In this document: positions 36,239 to 45,961 of the stretch, one piece after another
Position numbering within the stretch: position 1 is the first letter of the stretch
Layout of the letters: each line of letters opens with the position of its first letter
Source of the DNA: Chloroflexota bacterium
GTDB lineage: Bacteria; Chloroflexota; Limnocylindria; QHBO01
Length of the DNA stretch: 54,638 nucleotides
Direction of reading: 5' to 3'
Assembly (NCBI GenBank): GCA_040003165.1
Contig: JBDUDC010000001.1
Location: forward strand, 1 to 54,638
Position numbers and translations under genes: made by a program
The notes under the pieces: model-generated
What the model was told of the DNA's origin: nothing
Databases searched by the model: none
Seen by the model: only the letters and a program-made list of their open reading frames with translations

Positions 36239-37243
36239 GTGAGCAGCTCGCCACAGCGACGCCGAGCTTCGACGCCGGCGATCGCGATCGCCCTCCTCAT
36301 CGTGTACGTGGTCTGGGGCTCGACCTACCTCGGGATCGCGCTCATGATCGAGACGCTTCCGCCGCTCCTCGCCGCGGGCGTGCGCTACTTGGCCGCCGCG
36401 CTGCTACTGACCGGACTCGTGTATCTCTGGGCCCGGCTGCGATCCACGGATCCGCCCGAGTGGCCCACGCGCCGCCAATGGCGGTCCGCATTCATCATCG
36501 GAACGCTCCTGCTGCTGGGCGGAAACGGGTTCGTGGTGCTCGCCGAGCAGTTCATCCCGTCCGGCGTGGCGGCCGTCGTGATCGCCACTGTCCCCATCTG
36601 GCTGGCCGTCTTCGACGCGGTGCTGACCCGCCGCCGTCCCGGTCGCCTGGTCATCGGCGGCCTGGTGGCGGGCCTGCTTGGGGTGGCCATCCTGCTCGCC
36701 CCGGTCGAAGGGCTCGCCCGCATCAACCCGGTCGGCATCGGCCTGGTCTGCATTGCCGCCGTCAGCTGGGCCGCGGGCTCGCTCTACGCGCGCTCCGCCG
36801 AGATGCCGCGCTCGGGGCTTCTCGGCTCAGGAATCGAGATGTTCGCGGGCGGCGTGATGCTCGCGATCGTGGGCACGCTGCTTGGAGAGGTCGGCCAGTT
36901 CCACGCGGCCTCGGTCTCCCTCCGTTCGCTCGCCGCGCTCGCGTACCTGATCGTCTTCGGCTCGGTGATCGCCTTCAGCGCCTACATCTGGCTTCTCGGC
37001 AACGTGCCGGTTTCGACGGTCGGCACCTACGCCTACGTGAATCCGATCGTGGCCGTCGCCCTTGGCGCGATGGTGCTCCATGAGCCGATCACGCTGCGCA
37101 CCGCCGTCGCCGCGGTGGTGATCATCGCGGCCGTGATCGCGATGGTGAGCGGCCGCCCGCGCCAGGCCGGCGCGACCGAGGCGGGCGAGCTTCCGGCACC
37201 GCGCGAGGTCGAGGGGCGCTCGGTGGCGCGGGCCGCGGATTAG
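36239..37243 (+). CDS. EamA/DMT-family transporter
   Basis: GTG at 36239. 10 TM segments, VVWGSTYLGI and two EamA repeats. Confidence 0.85.
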   Translation: MSSSPQRRRASTPAIAIALLIVYVVWGSTYLGIALMIETLPPLLAAGVRYLAAALLLTGLVYLWARLRSTDPPEWPTRRQWRSAFIIGTLLLLGGNGFVVLAEQFIPSGVAAVVIATVPIWLAVFDAVLTRRRPGRLVIGGLVAGLLGVAILLAPVEGLARINPVGIGLVCIAAVSWAAGSLYARSAEMPRSGLLGSGIEMFAGGVMLAIVGTLLGEVGQFHAASVSLRSLAALAYLIVFGSVIAFSAYIWLLGNVPVSTVGTYAYVNPIVAVALGAMVLHEPITLRTAVAAVVIIAAVIAMVSGRPRQAGATEAGELPAPREVEGRSVARAAD

Positions 37244-37246
37244 GCG

Positions 37247-37549
37247 ATGTCCGCAATCGAGCAGCCGCCGCTCAGCGTCGCGTGCATCGCCGAGCCCGAC
37301 GGCTGGCGCTGCGAGGTGCGGGTCGGCGACGATGCGGCCGCCACCGACCACGTCGTCATCCTCGACCGCGATACCCTCCTCCAGCTCGCGCCCGGCGGCG
37401 CGTCGCCCGAGGATCTCGTCCTCGAGTCGTTTCGGTTCCTGATCGAGCGCGAGCCGCGCGAGGCGATCATGCGGAGCTTCGAGCTTCCGGTGATCAGCCG
37501 CTATTTCGCCGACTACGGATCGACAATTCGTCGCCGCCTCGGCGGCTGA
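37247..37549 (+). CDS. Hypothetical protein (100 aa)
   Basis: High GC3. Starts 3 nt after the EamA stop. No family recognised. Confidence 0.5.
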   Translation: MSAIEQPPLSVACIAEPDGWRCEVRVGDDAAATDHVVILDRDTLLQLAPGGASPEDLVLESFRFLIEREPREAIMRSFELPVISRYFADYGSTIRRRLGG

Positions 37550-37562
37550 GCGCGGACATCGG

Positions 37563-39134
37563 TCAGTAGGAGATGTCAGAGGCGTCGAAGACGCGCTGCA
37601 GGACGTAGTGGCCGTCGGTCGGCGGATCGGTCAGGGATGCCTGGGCCTGCTCCAGCATGATGTAAGGGTGCAGCCGCACCTGCACCAGCTGCGTGCCCCG
37701 GAAGGTGAGCTCCGGGACGACGCCCTCCTGGGTCTGCTGGCTCCACGACTGGCCGAACAGGAAGTTGCCGTGGCCCAGGATCGTGAAGTGCAGCCCGCCC
37801 GCGTTGCGGGTGAAGTCGATCGCGGCGGCCTCGTGCGGGCCGGAGCCGAGAATCTGGTCGCAGCCCGCGTCCAGGAAGAGCTTCTGCATGTCGAGCTCCG
37901 CCGGAATGAACTCGGTCCGATATTCGGGGTAGCCCCACTGCGGCATGCAGATCACGACGTCGGCCACCTTCCGTGCCCGGACCACCGACTCGCGCACGTT
38001 CGACTCGTTGATCCAGGCCACGCCCGCCTGGTTCGGACCTGCCGCCAGCACGCCATCCACGATGTTCCAGCCGACCACCGCGAACCGCAGCCCGTGCACG
38101 TTGACCACCGCGGGCTCGAGGGCCTGGTCGAGGTTGGCGCCCGCTCCGGCGTGCTTGATGCCCGCCTCGTCGAAGTACCGGATCGTCTCGAGGAGCCCAT
38201 CGGCGCCCTGGTCGGTGACGTGGTTGGCGGCCAGCGTCACGACATCGGTCCCAAGTCGCTTCATGTATCCGAGGACGCGCGGATCGATCCCGAAGGAAAC
38301 GCCCTCGTTGACCTTCCAGTTGTGGACCACCGGGCACTCGAAGTCCTGGACGGTGATGTCGGCGCCGCCGATCAGCTTCCAGACCGCCCCGTCATGGCCG
38401 GTCGGCCCGGCGTCGACGATATTGAAGCCGTCGCCCACCTGGCCCGGCCCAACGGGGTTGGGGTAGACCGCTCGATAGGCAGCGGTACCGCCCCCGAACA
38501 CGTAGTCCCAGCCCTTTCCCAGCGTGATCGCCTGGTACGCGACCCCGCGGTCGGGGCAGCTCTCGCCGACCGATGTCAGGGTCCGGATCTCGGCGGGGTC
38601 GTATGCGGTCCATTTCACCCACTCGTCGCGCCGCTCCGGCGCCGTCACATGGAAGCTCAGCGGGTATGCCTTCCTGCGTGCTTCGGCGCTCCCGAACAGG
38701 TCGGCTCCGTCGACCGGCAGCACCTTGACCTTCGGTTCGACCAGGCCGGCGGGGAGGAGGGCCAGGCTCGTCGGCGCGGCCGCGACCGCATCCACGATCT
38801 GGTCGGCCGGCAGGCAGGGGGGCCCGCCGGTGATCGCCTTCCACTCATCGAGCCCGCACGGCACGGTGACCTTCCCGGCGTCGAGCGCGGCCCGATATTC
38901 CGCCATCGTGATCGAGGCCTTCAGGTTCTCGAAGCCGGTCACCACCGCTAGCGGAAACGCAAGGGTTGGCGGCGGGGTGGGGGCGGGCGTGGAGGTCGGT
39001 TCAGGGCTTGCCGATGCGATCGCTACCGGGGGCGTCGCGCTCGATGAGGCGGAGGGAACCGAAGGCCCGCTGCCGCACGCGGTCAGGACAGAGATGCCCG
39101 CCAGCAGGACAGGGCCGAGGCGGCGCGGCAGCAT
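37563..39134 (-). CDS. CapA-family (PGA_cap metallophosphatase-like) lipoprotein
   Basis: Lipobox VLTACGS, Pro/Thr linker, ...VVTLAANHVTDQGADGL..., ...GAGANLDQAL.... Confidence 0.85.
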   Translation of the reverse strand: MLPRRLGPVLLAGISVLTACGSGPSVPSASSSATPPVAIASASPEPTSTPAPTPPPTLAFPLAVVTGFENLKASITMAEYRAALDAGKVTVPCGLDEWKAITGGPPCLPADQIVDAVAAAPTSLALLPAGLVEPKVKVLPVDGADLFGSAEARRKAYPLSFHVTAPERRDEWVKWTAYDPAEIRTLTSVGESCPDRGVAYQAITLGKGWDYVFGGGTAAYRAVYPNPVGPGQVGDGFNIVDAGPTGHDGAVWKLIGGADITVQDFECPVVHNWKVNEGVSFGIDPRVLGYMKRLGTDVVTLAANHVTDQGADGLLETIRYFDEAGIKHAGAGANLDQALEPAVVNVHGLRFAVVGWNIVDGVLAAGPNQAGVAWINESNVRESVVRARKVADVVICMPQWGYPEYRTEFIPAELDMQKLFLDAGCDQILGSGPHEAAAIDFTRNAGGLHFTILGHGNFLFGQSWSQQTQEGVVPELTFRGTQLVQVRLHPYIMLEQAQASLTDPPTDGHYVLQRVFDASDISY

Positions 39135-39184
39135 CAGCCCGATGGTAGCCGACCTGCCGAACCGGGGCCGTCGGGGCAGCCGCC

Positions 39185-39514
39185 ATGACTGCGGCGTATG
39201 ATCGTGCGCCCATGGCCACCAACGAACGAGCTGCCCTCGCCTTCGGAACGGGCATCTCCGACGACCACGACGACGGGATCCGCTGGGTCGACTACACGAA
39301 CATCAGCTGGAACCCGGTCTTCTGCAAGCGCTGCGACATCTGCGTCGACATCTGCCCCAAGCAGACCCTCGTGCTGCGCAACGACGCGATCATCGAGGAG
39401 GAGAACTGCATCCTGTGCGGCCTCTGCGAGCGCTACTGCCCCGACCTCGCGATCGAGATGATCCCGTCTGCCGTTCGCGCGCATGCCGCCGGGGCCACGG
39501 GCGCCGGCGAGTAG
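39185..39514 (+). CDS. korD: 2-oxoacid:ferredoxin oxidoreductase delta subunit (2x[4Fe-4S] ferredoxin domain)
   Basis: CKRCDICVDICP and CILCGLCERYCP cluster motifs. The alternative start ATG at 39212 lies 9 nt after a TATGAT box (39197-39202). Confidence 0.8.
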   Translation: MTAAYDRAPMATNERAALAFGTGISDDHDDGIRWVDYTNISWNPVFCKRCDICVDICPKQTLVLRNDAIIEEENCILCGLCERYCPDLAIEMIPSAVRAHAAGATGAGE

Positions 39515-39518
39515 GCCG

Positions 39519-40655
39519 ATGCGGAAGCTGAGCCAGGGGAACGAGGCGATCTTTCGCGGTGCGCTGGCCGCCGGAGCCAGCTACTACGCGGGCTATCCGA
39601 TCAGCCCCTCGACCGAGATCCTGAACGTGGCATCGGGCTGGGCGGCCGAGCATCCGGAGTTCCGCTTCCTGCAGGCCGAGGACGAGATCGCCTCCGCGAA
39701 CGCCGTGATCGGGGCAAGCCTGGCGGGCGCGAAGGCGTTCACGGCCACCAGCGGGCCGGGCTTCAGCCTCATGCAGGAGGCGATCGGCTACGCCCAGAAG
39801 GTGGGCGTGCCCTCGGTCTTCGTCAACGTGCAGCGGGTCGGGCCGGCGACCGGGATGCCCACCATGCCGGGCCAGGGCGACGTGATGCAGGTTCGCTACG
39901 GCAGCACCGGCGACTACACACCCATCGCCTTCTACCCGAATGGCGTGGCCGAGTCATTCCAGATCGCGGTCGAGGCGTTCAACGCCGCCGAGGAGTCGCA
40001 GTCGCCGGTTGTCGTCCTGTCGGACACCTTTGTCGCGCACCTCAACGAGGTGGTCGACCTCGACGAGCTGGCGGAGTCGCTCGAGATCGTCCCGCGCGCG
40101 CTCGCTCCGCTCGGACGCCACGATCCGGGAGAGCCACGCTTCTTCGCCGGCGTGCTGATGTACGAGCACGGGCCGAACGCTGGCGAGCCGGCCACCGCCG
40201 ATGCGGACGAGTACCTGCGCCAGTACTACGAGGCCAAGAATCGCCACATGGAGGTCGCGGCCCGCCACGCGCGCTTCGAGCACGGCTGGAACGTCGATGC
40301 GCCGGTCCTGATCGTCTGCTACGGGATCGTTTCGCGCGTAGCCGCGCCGCTCCGCGACGAGTACGCCCTCTTCCGGCCGATTCGCATCCACCCGATCCTC
40401 GGCGACGAGCTGCGCGCGGTCGCCGACCGCTACGAGCAGATCGTGGTGATCGAGGCCAACGATGGCCAGTACGCCGACATGGTCGAGCTTGCAGTCCACC
40501 GCGAGGTCAAGCGCGTGCCGCTGCTGGGCGGCCGCATCTCCCTCGAGGCGGTACGAGACGGGCTCGAGCGGGTGCTGGGCGGCGGCCCGTCCGAGCCCCC
40601 GGTGCCGCCCGCGCCCACCGAGCGCGCCGCGCCGTCCCCGCTGGGAATCGGCTGA
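39519..40655 (+). CDS. korA: 2-oxoacid:ferredoxin oxidoreductase alpha subunit
   Basis: MRKLSQGNEAIFRGALAAGASYYAGYPISPSTEI... is a typical KorA/PorA N-terminus. Confidence 0.9.
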   Translation: MRKLSQGNEAIFRGALAAGASYYAGYPISPSTEILNVASGWAAEHPEFRFLQAEDEIASANAVIGASLAGAKAFTATSGPGFSLMQEAIGYAQKVGVPSVFVNVQRVGPATGMPTMPGQGDVMQVRYGSTGDYTPIAFYPNGVAESFQIAVEAFNAAEESQSPVVVLSDTFVAHLNEVVDLDELAESLEIVPRALAPLGRHDPGEPRFFAGVLMYEHGPNAGEPATADADEYLRQYYEAKNRHMEVAARHARFEHGWNVDAPVLIVCYGIVSRVAAPLRDEYALFRPIRIHPILGDELRAVADRYEQIVVIEANDGQYADMVELAVHREVKRVPLLGGRISLEAVRDGLERVLGGGPSEPPVPPAPTERAAPSPLGIG

Positions 40656-41911
40656 TGCCTGAAGCGCCGATGGCCGAGATGGCCTTCAAGAAGCACCTGA
40701 AGACCGACCTTTTCCCGACGATCTGGTGCCCGGGATGCGGGATCGGCACGATCATGATCATGCTCGCCATGGTCCTGGACGAGATGGGCCTGGACGAGAC
40801 GAACACGATCATCGTGACGGGGATCGGCTGCACCGGGCGGATGGGCAGCTACATGAAGTACGAGAGCGTCTACACCCTGCACGGCCGGACGCTGCCAGTG
40901 GCCGAGGCGATCAAGGCGGTGCGCCCGGAGATGCACGTCATCGTGGTCGCCGGCGACGGCGACACGGCCAGCATCGGCGGCAACCACTTGATCCACTCGA
41001 TCCGGCGCAATGCGCGCGTTACGGTGCTCTGCAACAACAACGAGATCTACGGGCTGACCGGCGGCCAGACCGGTCCCACCACCCCCACCGGCACGAAGAC
41101 CCTGTCGAGCCCCGGCGGCAATCCGAACACGCCCATAAACCTCCAGGCGATCGTCCGCTCGTCGCCGCACGCGGTCTATGCCAAGACGACGGTCTACCAC
41201 CAGCTCCACATGCGCAACGTGATCCGCGATGCGATCGAGCACGACGGCTTCAGCCTGGTCGACATTACGAGCCAGTGCATCGAGAACAACGGACGCAGGA
41301 TCGGCTTCGCATCGGCCAACGAGATGCTCAGCTTCTATCGCAAGACCTACAAGCGCGCCGGCAAAGGGGCCACCAGCCTGAACCCATTCGAGATCGGGAT
41401 CCTATATCCAACGACCGATGCCGCCGCCTCGAATGGCCATGCCACGGCCGCCGAGCCCGAGCGTCCGTCCGCACTACCGGAGCAACCTGCCGGACCGATG
41501 ACATCCGCCACCGCGTCGCCCGGAGCTGCCGCCGCCAGCGACGACACCCGCGCGCTGCGCCGCGCGGAGTCGCAGCAGCGCGCCGCGCTGATGGGGCAGC
41601 TCGACCGGGAGACGAAGCTGCGCGTGGCGAAGGGCGATCTCACGCTGGCCGAGGCGTTCGCCCAGGCTGGGCTCGAGATGCCCGAGTCGCTGCGCACCGG
41701 GGCGAGTGCGCCGCAGGCCGCGCCGGCGCCGGCCAGTGCGCCGGCCGTGGCGTCGCCGGATGCCAAAGAGGCACGCCGAGCCGAGGCCCAGCGCAAGCTC
41801 GCGCTCATGCAGCGGCTCCCGTCTGAGCTGAAGCTGCGCGTCGCCAAGCGCGAGATCACCCTGGAGGAGGCGCTCGGCGAGGCGGGGATCGAGCCGGACG
41901 GGTCAGGCTGA
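40655..41911 (+). CDS. korB: 2-oxoacid:ferredoxin oxidoreductase beta subunit (TPP-binding) with atypical C-terminal repeat extension
   Basis: WCPGCGIG, GIGC, GDGD..SIGGNH, NNNEIYGLTGGQ. About 150 extra C-terminal residues contain a tandem ~40-aa repeat. Confidence 0.9.
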   Translation: MPEAPMAEMAFKKHLKTDLFPTIWCPGCGIGTIMIMLAMVLDEMGLDETNTIIVTGIGCTGRMGSYMKYESVYTLHGRTLPVAEAIKAVRPEMHVIVVAGDGDTASIGGNHLIHSIRRNARVTVLCNNNEIYGLTGGQTGPTTPTGTKTLSSPGGNPNTPINLQAIVRSSPHAVYAKTTVYHQLHMRNVIRDAIEHDGFSLVDITSQCIENNGRRIGFASANEMLSFYRKTYKRAGKGATSLNPFEIGILYPTTDAAASNGHATAAEPERPSALPEQPAGPMTSATASPGAAAASDDTRALRRAESQQRAALMGQLDRETKLRVAKGDLTLAEAFAQAGLEMPESLRTGASAPQAAPAPASAPAVASPDAKEARRAEAQRKLALMQRLPSELKLRVAKREITLEEALGEAGIEPDGSG

Positions 41912-42531
41912 TGGTGACCAGGATCGCCCTCGACGGCGTCGGGGGCCAGGGCGTGCGCCTCATCGCCGGCGTCCTGGGAGCGCTGCTGGCGCGGATGGGC
42001 AAGGAGGTCACCATCCTCTTCGACTACGACTCCAGCGTGCGCGGCTCTATGTCCGACGCCTTCGTCATCTTCGATGACCTGCCGATCGAGAACCCGGTCG
42101 TCGAGGAGGCCGACATCATGCTGAAGCTGGCCGACAAGGGGCACCTGCGGATCCGCGGCCGGATGGTTGTGACCGATCTCGGTCTCGGCCTTCCCGGGCA
42201 GGAGCAGATCCCGTTCGCCAGCCTGGGGAGCCAGCATTTCGGCAAGGAGCTGTTCGGCAACATGATCGCGCTCGGCCGCCTCCTGCGGCTGGCCGAGGTC
42301 GAGTTCGACGAGACCGCCATTCGCGAGTCGCTGCCGCAGCGCTTCGTCGACGACAACGTCGCGGCCATCCGGTACGGCTATGAGCTGACACCTGCGGAGA
42401 TCGCGCGGCTCGCCGCCGCGGCGCCGCCGTCGCGCTTCGAGATGAACGATGCGGCAGTCATCCAGGCGCAGGATCGGGTCGCGGCGGATCTCGAGGCCCC
42501 GGGCGCCGCTGGGGCGGCGGCGAGCCACTAG
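41911..42531 (+). CDS. korC: 2-oxoacid:ferredoxin oxidoreductase gamma subunit
   Basis: ALDGVGGQGVRLIAGVLG is a typical POR_gamma N-terminus. Start overlaps the korB stop (ATGA-type). Confidence 0.8.
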   Translation: MVTRIALDGVGGQGVRLIAGVLGALLARMGKEVTILFDYDSSVRGSMSDAFVIFDDLPIENPVVEEADIMLKLADKGHLRIRGRMVVTDLGLGLPGQEQIPFASLGSQHFGKELFGNMIALGRLLRLAEVEFDETAIRESLPQRFVDDNVAAIRYGYELTPAEIARLAAAAPPSRFEMNDAAVIQAQDRVAADLEAPGAAGAAASH

Positions 42532-42534
42532 CGG

Positions 42535-44433
42535 GTGGTGTCGCGCTTCCAGGCGCTGATCGGCTCCGTTGCGTACGGCGTCGACAGAGCCGTCGCCACC
42601 CTGCTCTGGTTCGTGCCCTTCCGCGTGCCCGGCGCGCTCCTCCTAGCCGCAGTGTTCGGGTTCCTGGCATGGCAACAGGCGACCGCTGCCAACCACACGC
42701 TGGCAACCTACCCGACCCCGCGTCCCACGACGATCGGCGCGATCCTCGAGGGCGATGTGCTCGGTTGGCTGCGGATCGATGGGCTGGTCTCGGGCCCATT
42801 CCTCGCCAGTCCGCCCGACCAGAACGGGGTGATCCGCCACTACTACGTCATCCGCGCCCCTGCCGCCCCGGCACAGGCCCTGGTCGTCCGCTCTCCGCGC
42901 CAAGCCGCCGAGGTGGGGTCCGCCCGGACCCTGCTCGCTCGCATCGAGAAGCGGCCGCAGGCGGCGGCGTCGGCGGCCACGGCCCTGGCCACTCCCGGCA
43001 TATCGGTCGACCCGGAGCGCTATCTGCTCGAGCTGCCTGCGGACCAGGCAGCCGCGACAGCCTCGCCGACGCCGCGGGCGGTGGATCCGTCCGACCTCCG
43101 CGCCGAGCAGGGCGAGGTCGCGCTCTTCAGCGGAGCGTTCGGCAGGTCGCGGAAGGTCAGCTGTGCCGCCGGCGAGCCCGCCTGCCGGAATGGGACCGCG
43201 TACGAGTACCTGGCCGCCGATGGCGTTCGCGGCGTGATCGTCCGCTCGCCGTACCCGCCCGATGCGCTCCCGGTGACGCTCTCCGGCGTCGTCACGCCCG
43301 ACCCGTTCACCCTGAAGACCGTGCTGCAGAACGCCGACCTGGCCCGCGCTCTGGTCGGCACCAGGACCCTCGACGAGTCGCTCTTCGCTGATACCGTCAC
43401 GCCTCCGCTGCCCGAGGTGACGTTCGCACCCGCGATCGTGCTGAGCGGGATCGCTGCCTTCCTCGCGATCAGCAAGCTCGTCGGCTACCCGATCTTCCGT
43501 CGCCGGCGCGTGCCGGTTGCCGACGACAGGCCGCTGGCCCCCGGCGAGGAGCTGCGCCTGGAGCTGAGCGGGCGGGTGCGGGGCGCCCATGGCACGGTTA
43601 GCCTCGATCGCGAGCCCGCGACGCTGGCGCGGCTCACGCTGGCGCAGATCGCCCGCCGCGAGTGGCAGTTCGGGGGTCGTCCGCTGGGCGAATCGGCGCC
43701 CGCCGCCGATGACCCCGATCCGACCTCGACCCAGCCCGTGCTCACCTCCGGCGGCGGCTCGCTCCTCCTGCCGCTCGACTCGCTTCGCACCGTCCTGCAG
43801 ATGGCGGCCGGTCAGCTGGTCACGCTCGGGGCGGCCCATCCCTCGCTTCGGCTGCGCGGCCCGGGGATCGACGCGGTGCTCGGCTTCCGGGACGCCGCGA
43901 CGCGGGCGCGCGCCCTCGCCGAGATCGACCCATCTCGCCCGCGGTCGGCGTCTGTCCCTACGGCGAGCGCGAATCTGCCGGCGCCCGGCGCGACCGAGGC
44001 CGGAGTCCCGGCGGCCGATCGACGGCCGTGGCAGCTCAGCATCGCCGGGCTCACCTTCGGGATCATCGGCGTGGGGCTGGTGGCCGCCGGCCTGCTCGGC
44101 CTGCTGCCGAGTGCGGAGCCGCGGCACCCGATCGCGGTATTGCTGCCGGCGGTCGTGCAGTCGGCGATCGGCGCGGGACTCGCATTCGTCGCGTCGGGAC
44201 TCTGGCGCAGGCACGAGTGGGCGCGCGAGATGGGCGTCAACCTCGCAGCGGCCGGGATCGTGGGCTCCGTCCTGCTCGCCCTCGGGGAGACGACCTGCCT
44301 GCGGCCCCTGGGTCCGACGCTCATGCCATGCGAGGCGGGCGACCTGGTCGGCGCCTTCCTGGCGCTGGCCGCGCTCGCCGGCTTCGCGTTCAGCCTGTGG
44401 GCGATCGTCAAGCTCCGCCCGTACTTCCGCTAG
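42535..44433 (+). CDS. Large multi-pass membrane protein, no recognisable domain
   Basis: 632 aa, high GC3. GTG start 4 nt after the korC stop. TM segments at the N-terminus, in the middle (APAIVLSGIAAFLAISKLVGYPIF) and about 4 at the C-terminus. Confidence 0.6.
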   Translation: MVSRFQALIGSVAYGVDRAVATLLWFVPFRVPGALLLAAVFGFLAWQQATAANHTLATYPTPRPTTIGAILEGDVLGWLRIDGLVSGPFLASPPDQNGVIRHYYVIRAPAAPAQALVVRSPRQAAEVGSARTLLARIEKRPQAAASAATALATPGISVDPERYLLELPADQAAATASPTPRAVDPSDLRAEQGEVALFSGAFGRSRKVSCAAGEPACRNGTAYEYLAADGVRGVIVRSPYPPDALPVTLSGVVTPDPFTLKTVLQNADLARALVGTRTLDESLFADTVTPPLPEVTFAPAIVLSGIAAFLAISKLVGYPIFRRRRVPVADDRPLAPGEELRLELSGRVRGAHGTVSLDREPATLARLTLAQIARREWQFGGRPLGESAPAADDPDPTSTQPVLTSGGGSLLLPLDSLRTVLQMAAGQLVTLGAAHPSLRLRGPGIDAVLGFRDAATRARALAEIDPSRPRSASVPTASANLPAPGATEAGVPAADRRPWQLSIAGLTFGIIGVGLVAAGLLGLLPSAEPRHPIAVLLPAVVQSAIGAGLAFVASGLWRRHEWAREMGVNLAAAGIVGSVLLALGETTCLRPLGPTLMPCEAGDLVGAFLALAALAGFAFSLWAIVKLRPYFR

Positions 44434-45284
44434 GCGGTCGCGAACAGCCCGCGGACGATGCCCGCGACGAGGGCCGCCTCGTCAGTACGGAGCTGCCGGA
44501 GCGGCAGCCGAACGTCCGGGCGGATCGGTACTCCGCGCTCGGCCAGCGCGACCTTGATCGCGCTGACGAAGGGCTGCGCCTCGAGCGCGGTGCGCAGCTC
44601 CGTCAGGCGGGCCTCGCCGGCCGGCGTCGGATCCCGGACCACCGCGCGGACGACGTCGGGGAAGGCGGCCGCGATGCCCGACACGGCGCCGGTCGCGCCA
44701 GCGGCCAGGGCGCGGGGGATGAGCGGCTCGGAGCCGACGTAGACGGGGAGGCCAAGCCCGAGGTACGGCTCGACCGCGTCGAAGCTGCTCTCCGAGACCT
44801 TCATCCCGCCGAGGTTCTCGATGCGCGCCGAGACTGCAGTCACGACCTCGACCGGGAGCGGGTAGCCGCTGCGCGCGGTGAATGCGTAGAGGTAGACGGG
44901 CAGCGGGGCACAGGCCTGCGCGGCGGCCACGAAATGATCGGTCAGCGCATCCGCATCGAGCCGGTAGTAGGGCGGCGGGATGACACCGATCGCGTCGGCG
45001 CCGATCTCGCGCGCATGTCTCGCCAGCTCGACGGTGTCGGCCGTCGTCTGTGCCCCGCAGTGAACGATCAGGCGCCCGCGCAGCGCCGCCCGGAAGCCGA
45101 CCGCGGCGCGGCGCCGCTCGTCGAGGGAGAGGAGCACGCCCTCGCCGGTCGTGCCGCAGGCAAAGATGCCGTCGGCGCCGTGTCCCTCCAGGAATTCGAC
45201 GAGCGGCCGGATGGCCGCCTCGTCGAGCCGCCGGCCGGCATCGGCCAGGGGGGTGACGGCGGCGACAATCAGCTCGTGGGGCAT
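44430..45284 (-). CDS. Dihydrodipicolinate synthase (DapA/NAL) family lyase
   Basis: AAVTPL...GADGIFACGTTGEG..LS..ER. Specific substrate not assignable. Confidence 0.85.
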   Translation of the reverse strand: MPHELIVAAVTPLADAGRRLDEAAIRPLVEFLEGHGADGIFACGTTGEGVLLSLDERRRAAVGFRAALRGRLIVHCGAQTTADTVELARHAREIGADAIGVIPPPYYRLDADALTDHFVAAAQACAPLPVYLYAFTARSGYPLPVEVVTAVSARIENLGGMKVSESSFDAVEPYLGLGLPVYVGSEPLIPRALAAGATGAVSGIAAAFPDVVRAVVRDPTPAGEARLTELRTALEAQPFVSAIKVALAERGVPIRPDVRLPLRQLRTDEAALVAGIVRGLFATA

Positions 45285-45378
45285 GCCGCAACACTACCTG
45301 CAATCGGCACCGGCCAATCGGGCGGATCGGTGTAAACTCGTCGCTGCCGCATGCCCCCAATCGAGGGATTTGGACGCA

Positions 45379-45621
45379 ATGACCTACGTCATCGTTGAGC
45401 CGTGCGTCGGCGTCAAGGACGCTTCGTGCGTCGACGTCTGCCCCGTCGACTGCATCCACGCCACCGACGACGACCCGCAGTTCTACATCGACCCGGCCGA
45501 GTGCATCGATTGCGGCGCGTGCGAGCCGGAATGCCCCGTGACCGCCATCTTCGCCGAGGATGCCGTGCCCGATCAGTACGCGAACTACATCCAGATCAAC
45601 GCCGACTACTTCACCAAGTAG
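45379..45621 (+). CDS. fdxA: 7Fe ferredoxin (FdxA type)
   Basis: MTYVIVEPCVGVKDASCVDVCPVDCIH...CIDCGACEPECPVTAIF. Confidence 0.9.
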   Translation: MTYVIVEPCVGVKDASCVDVCPVDCIHATDDDPQFYIDPAECIDCGACEPECPVTAIFAEDAVPDQYANYIQINADYFTK

Positions 45622-45646
45622 CCGCCACGAGACTGCCACCAGACCG

Positions 45647-45961
45647 ATGGTTCGCCTGATCGCCCTGTACAATCAGCCCGAGGACCACGACGCCTTCGAC
45701 GCCCACTATCGGGACGTCCACGCACCGATGGTCGAGCGCTATCCGAACCTGCGATCGCTTCGCCTCACGAAGCTCGACGGGGCCGGAGGCCGTCCCGCCC
45801 CGTACTACCTCATGGCGGAGATGACCTTCGACAGCCAGCGCGACCTGGCCGATGCGGTCGGCTCCGCGCCCAGCGCCGAGAGCGCGCGCGATCTGCGGAA
45901 CTTCGCGCAGGCGGGGGTCACCGTCTTCGTTGCACCCGACGAGGCCGATGCCCGAGCCTGA
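45647..45961 (+). CDS. EthD-family protein
   Basis: MVRLIALYNQPEDHDAFDAHYRDVHAPMVERYPNLRS... (TIGR02118-like). Confidence 0.75.
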   Translation: MVRLIALYNQPEDHDAFDAHYRDVHAPMVERYPNLRSLRLTKLDGAGGRPAPYYLMAEMTFDSQRDLADAVGSAPSAESARDLRNFAQAGVTVFVAPDEADARA

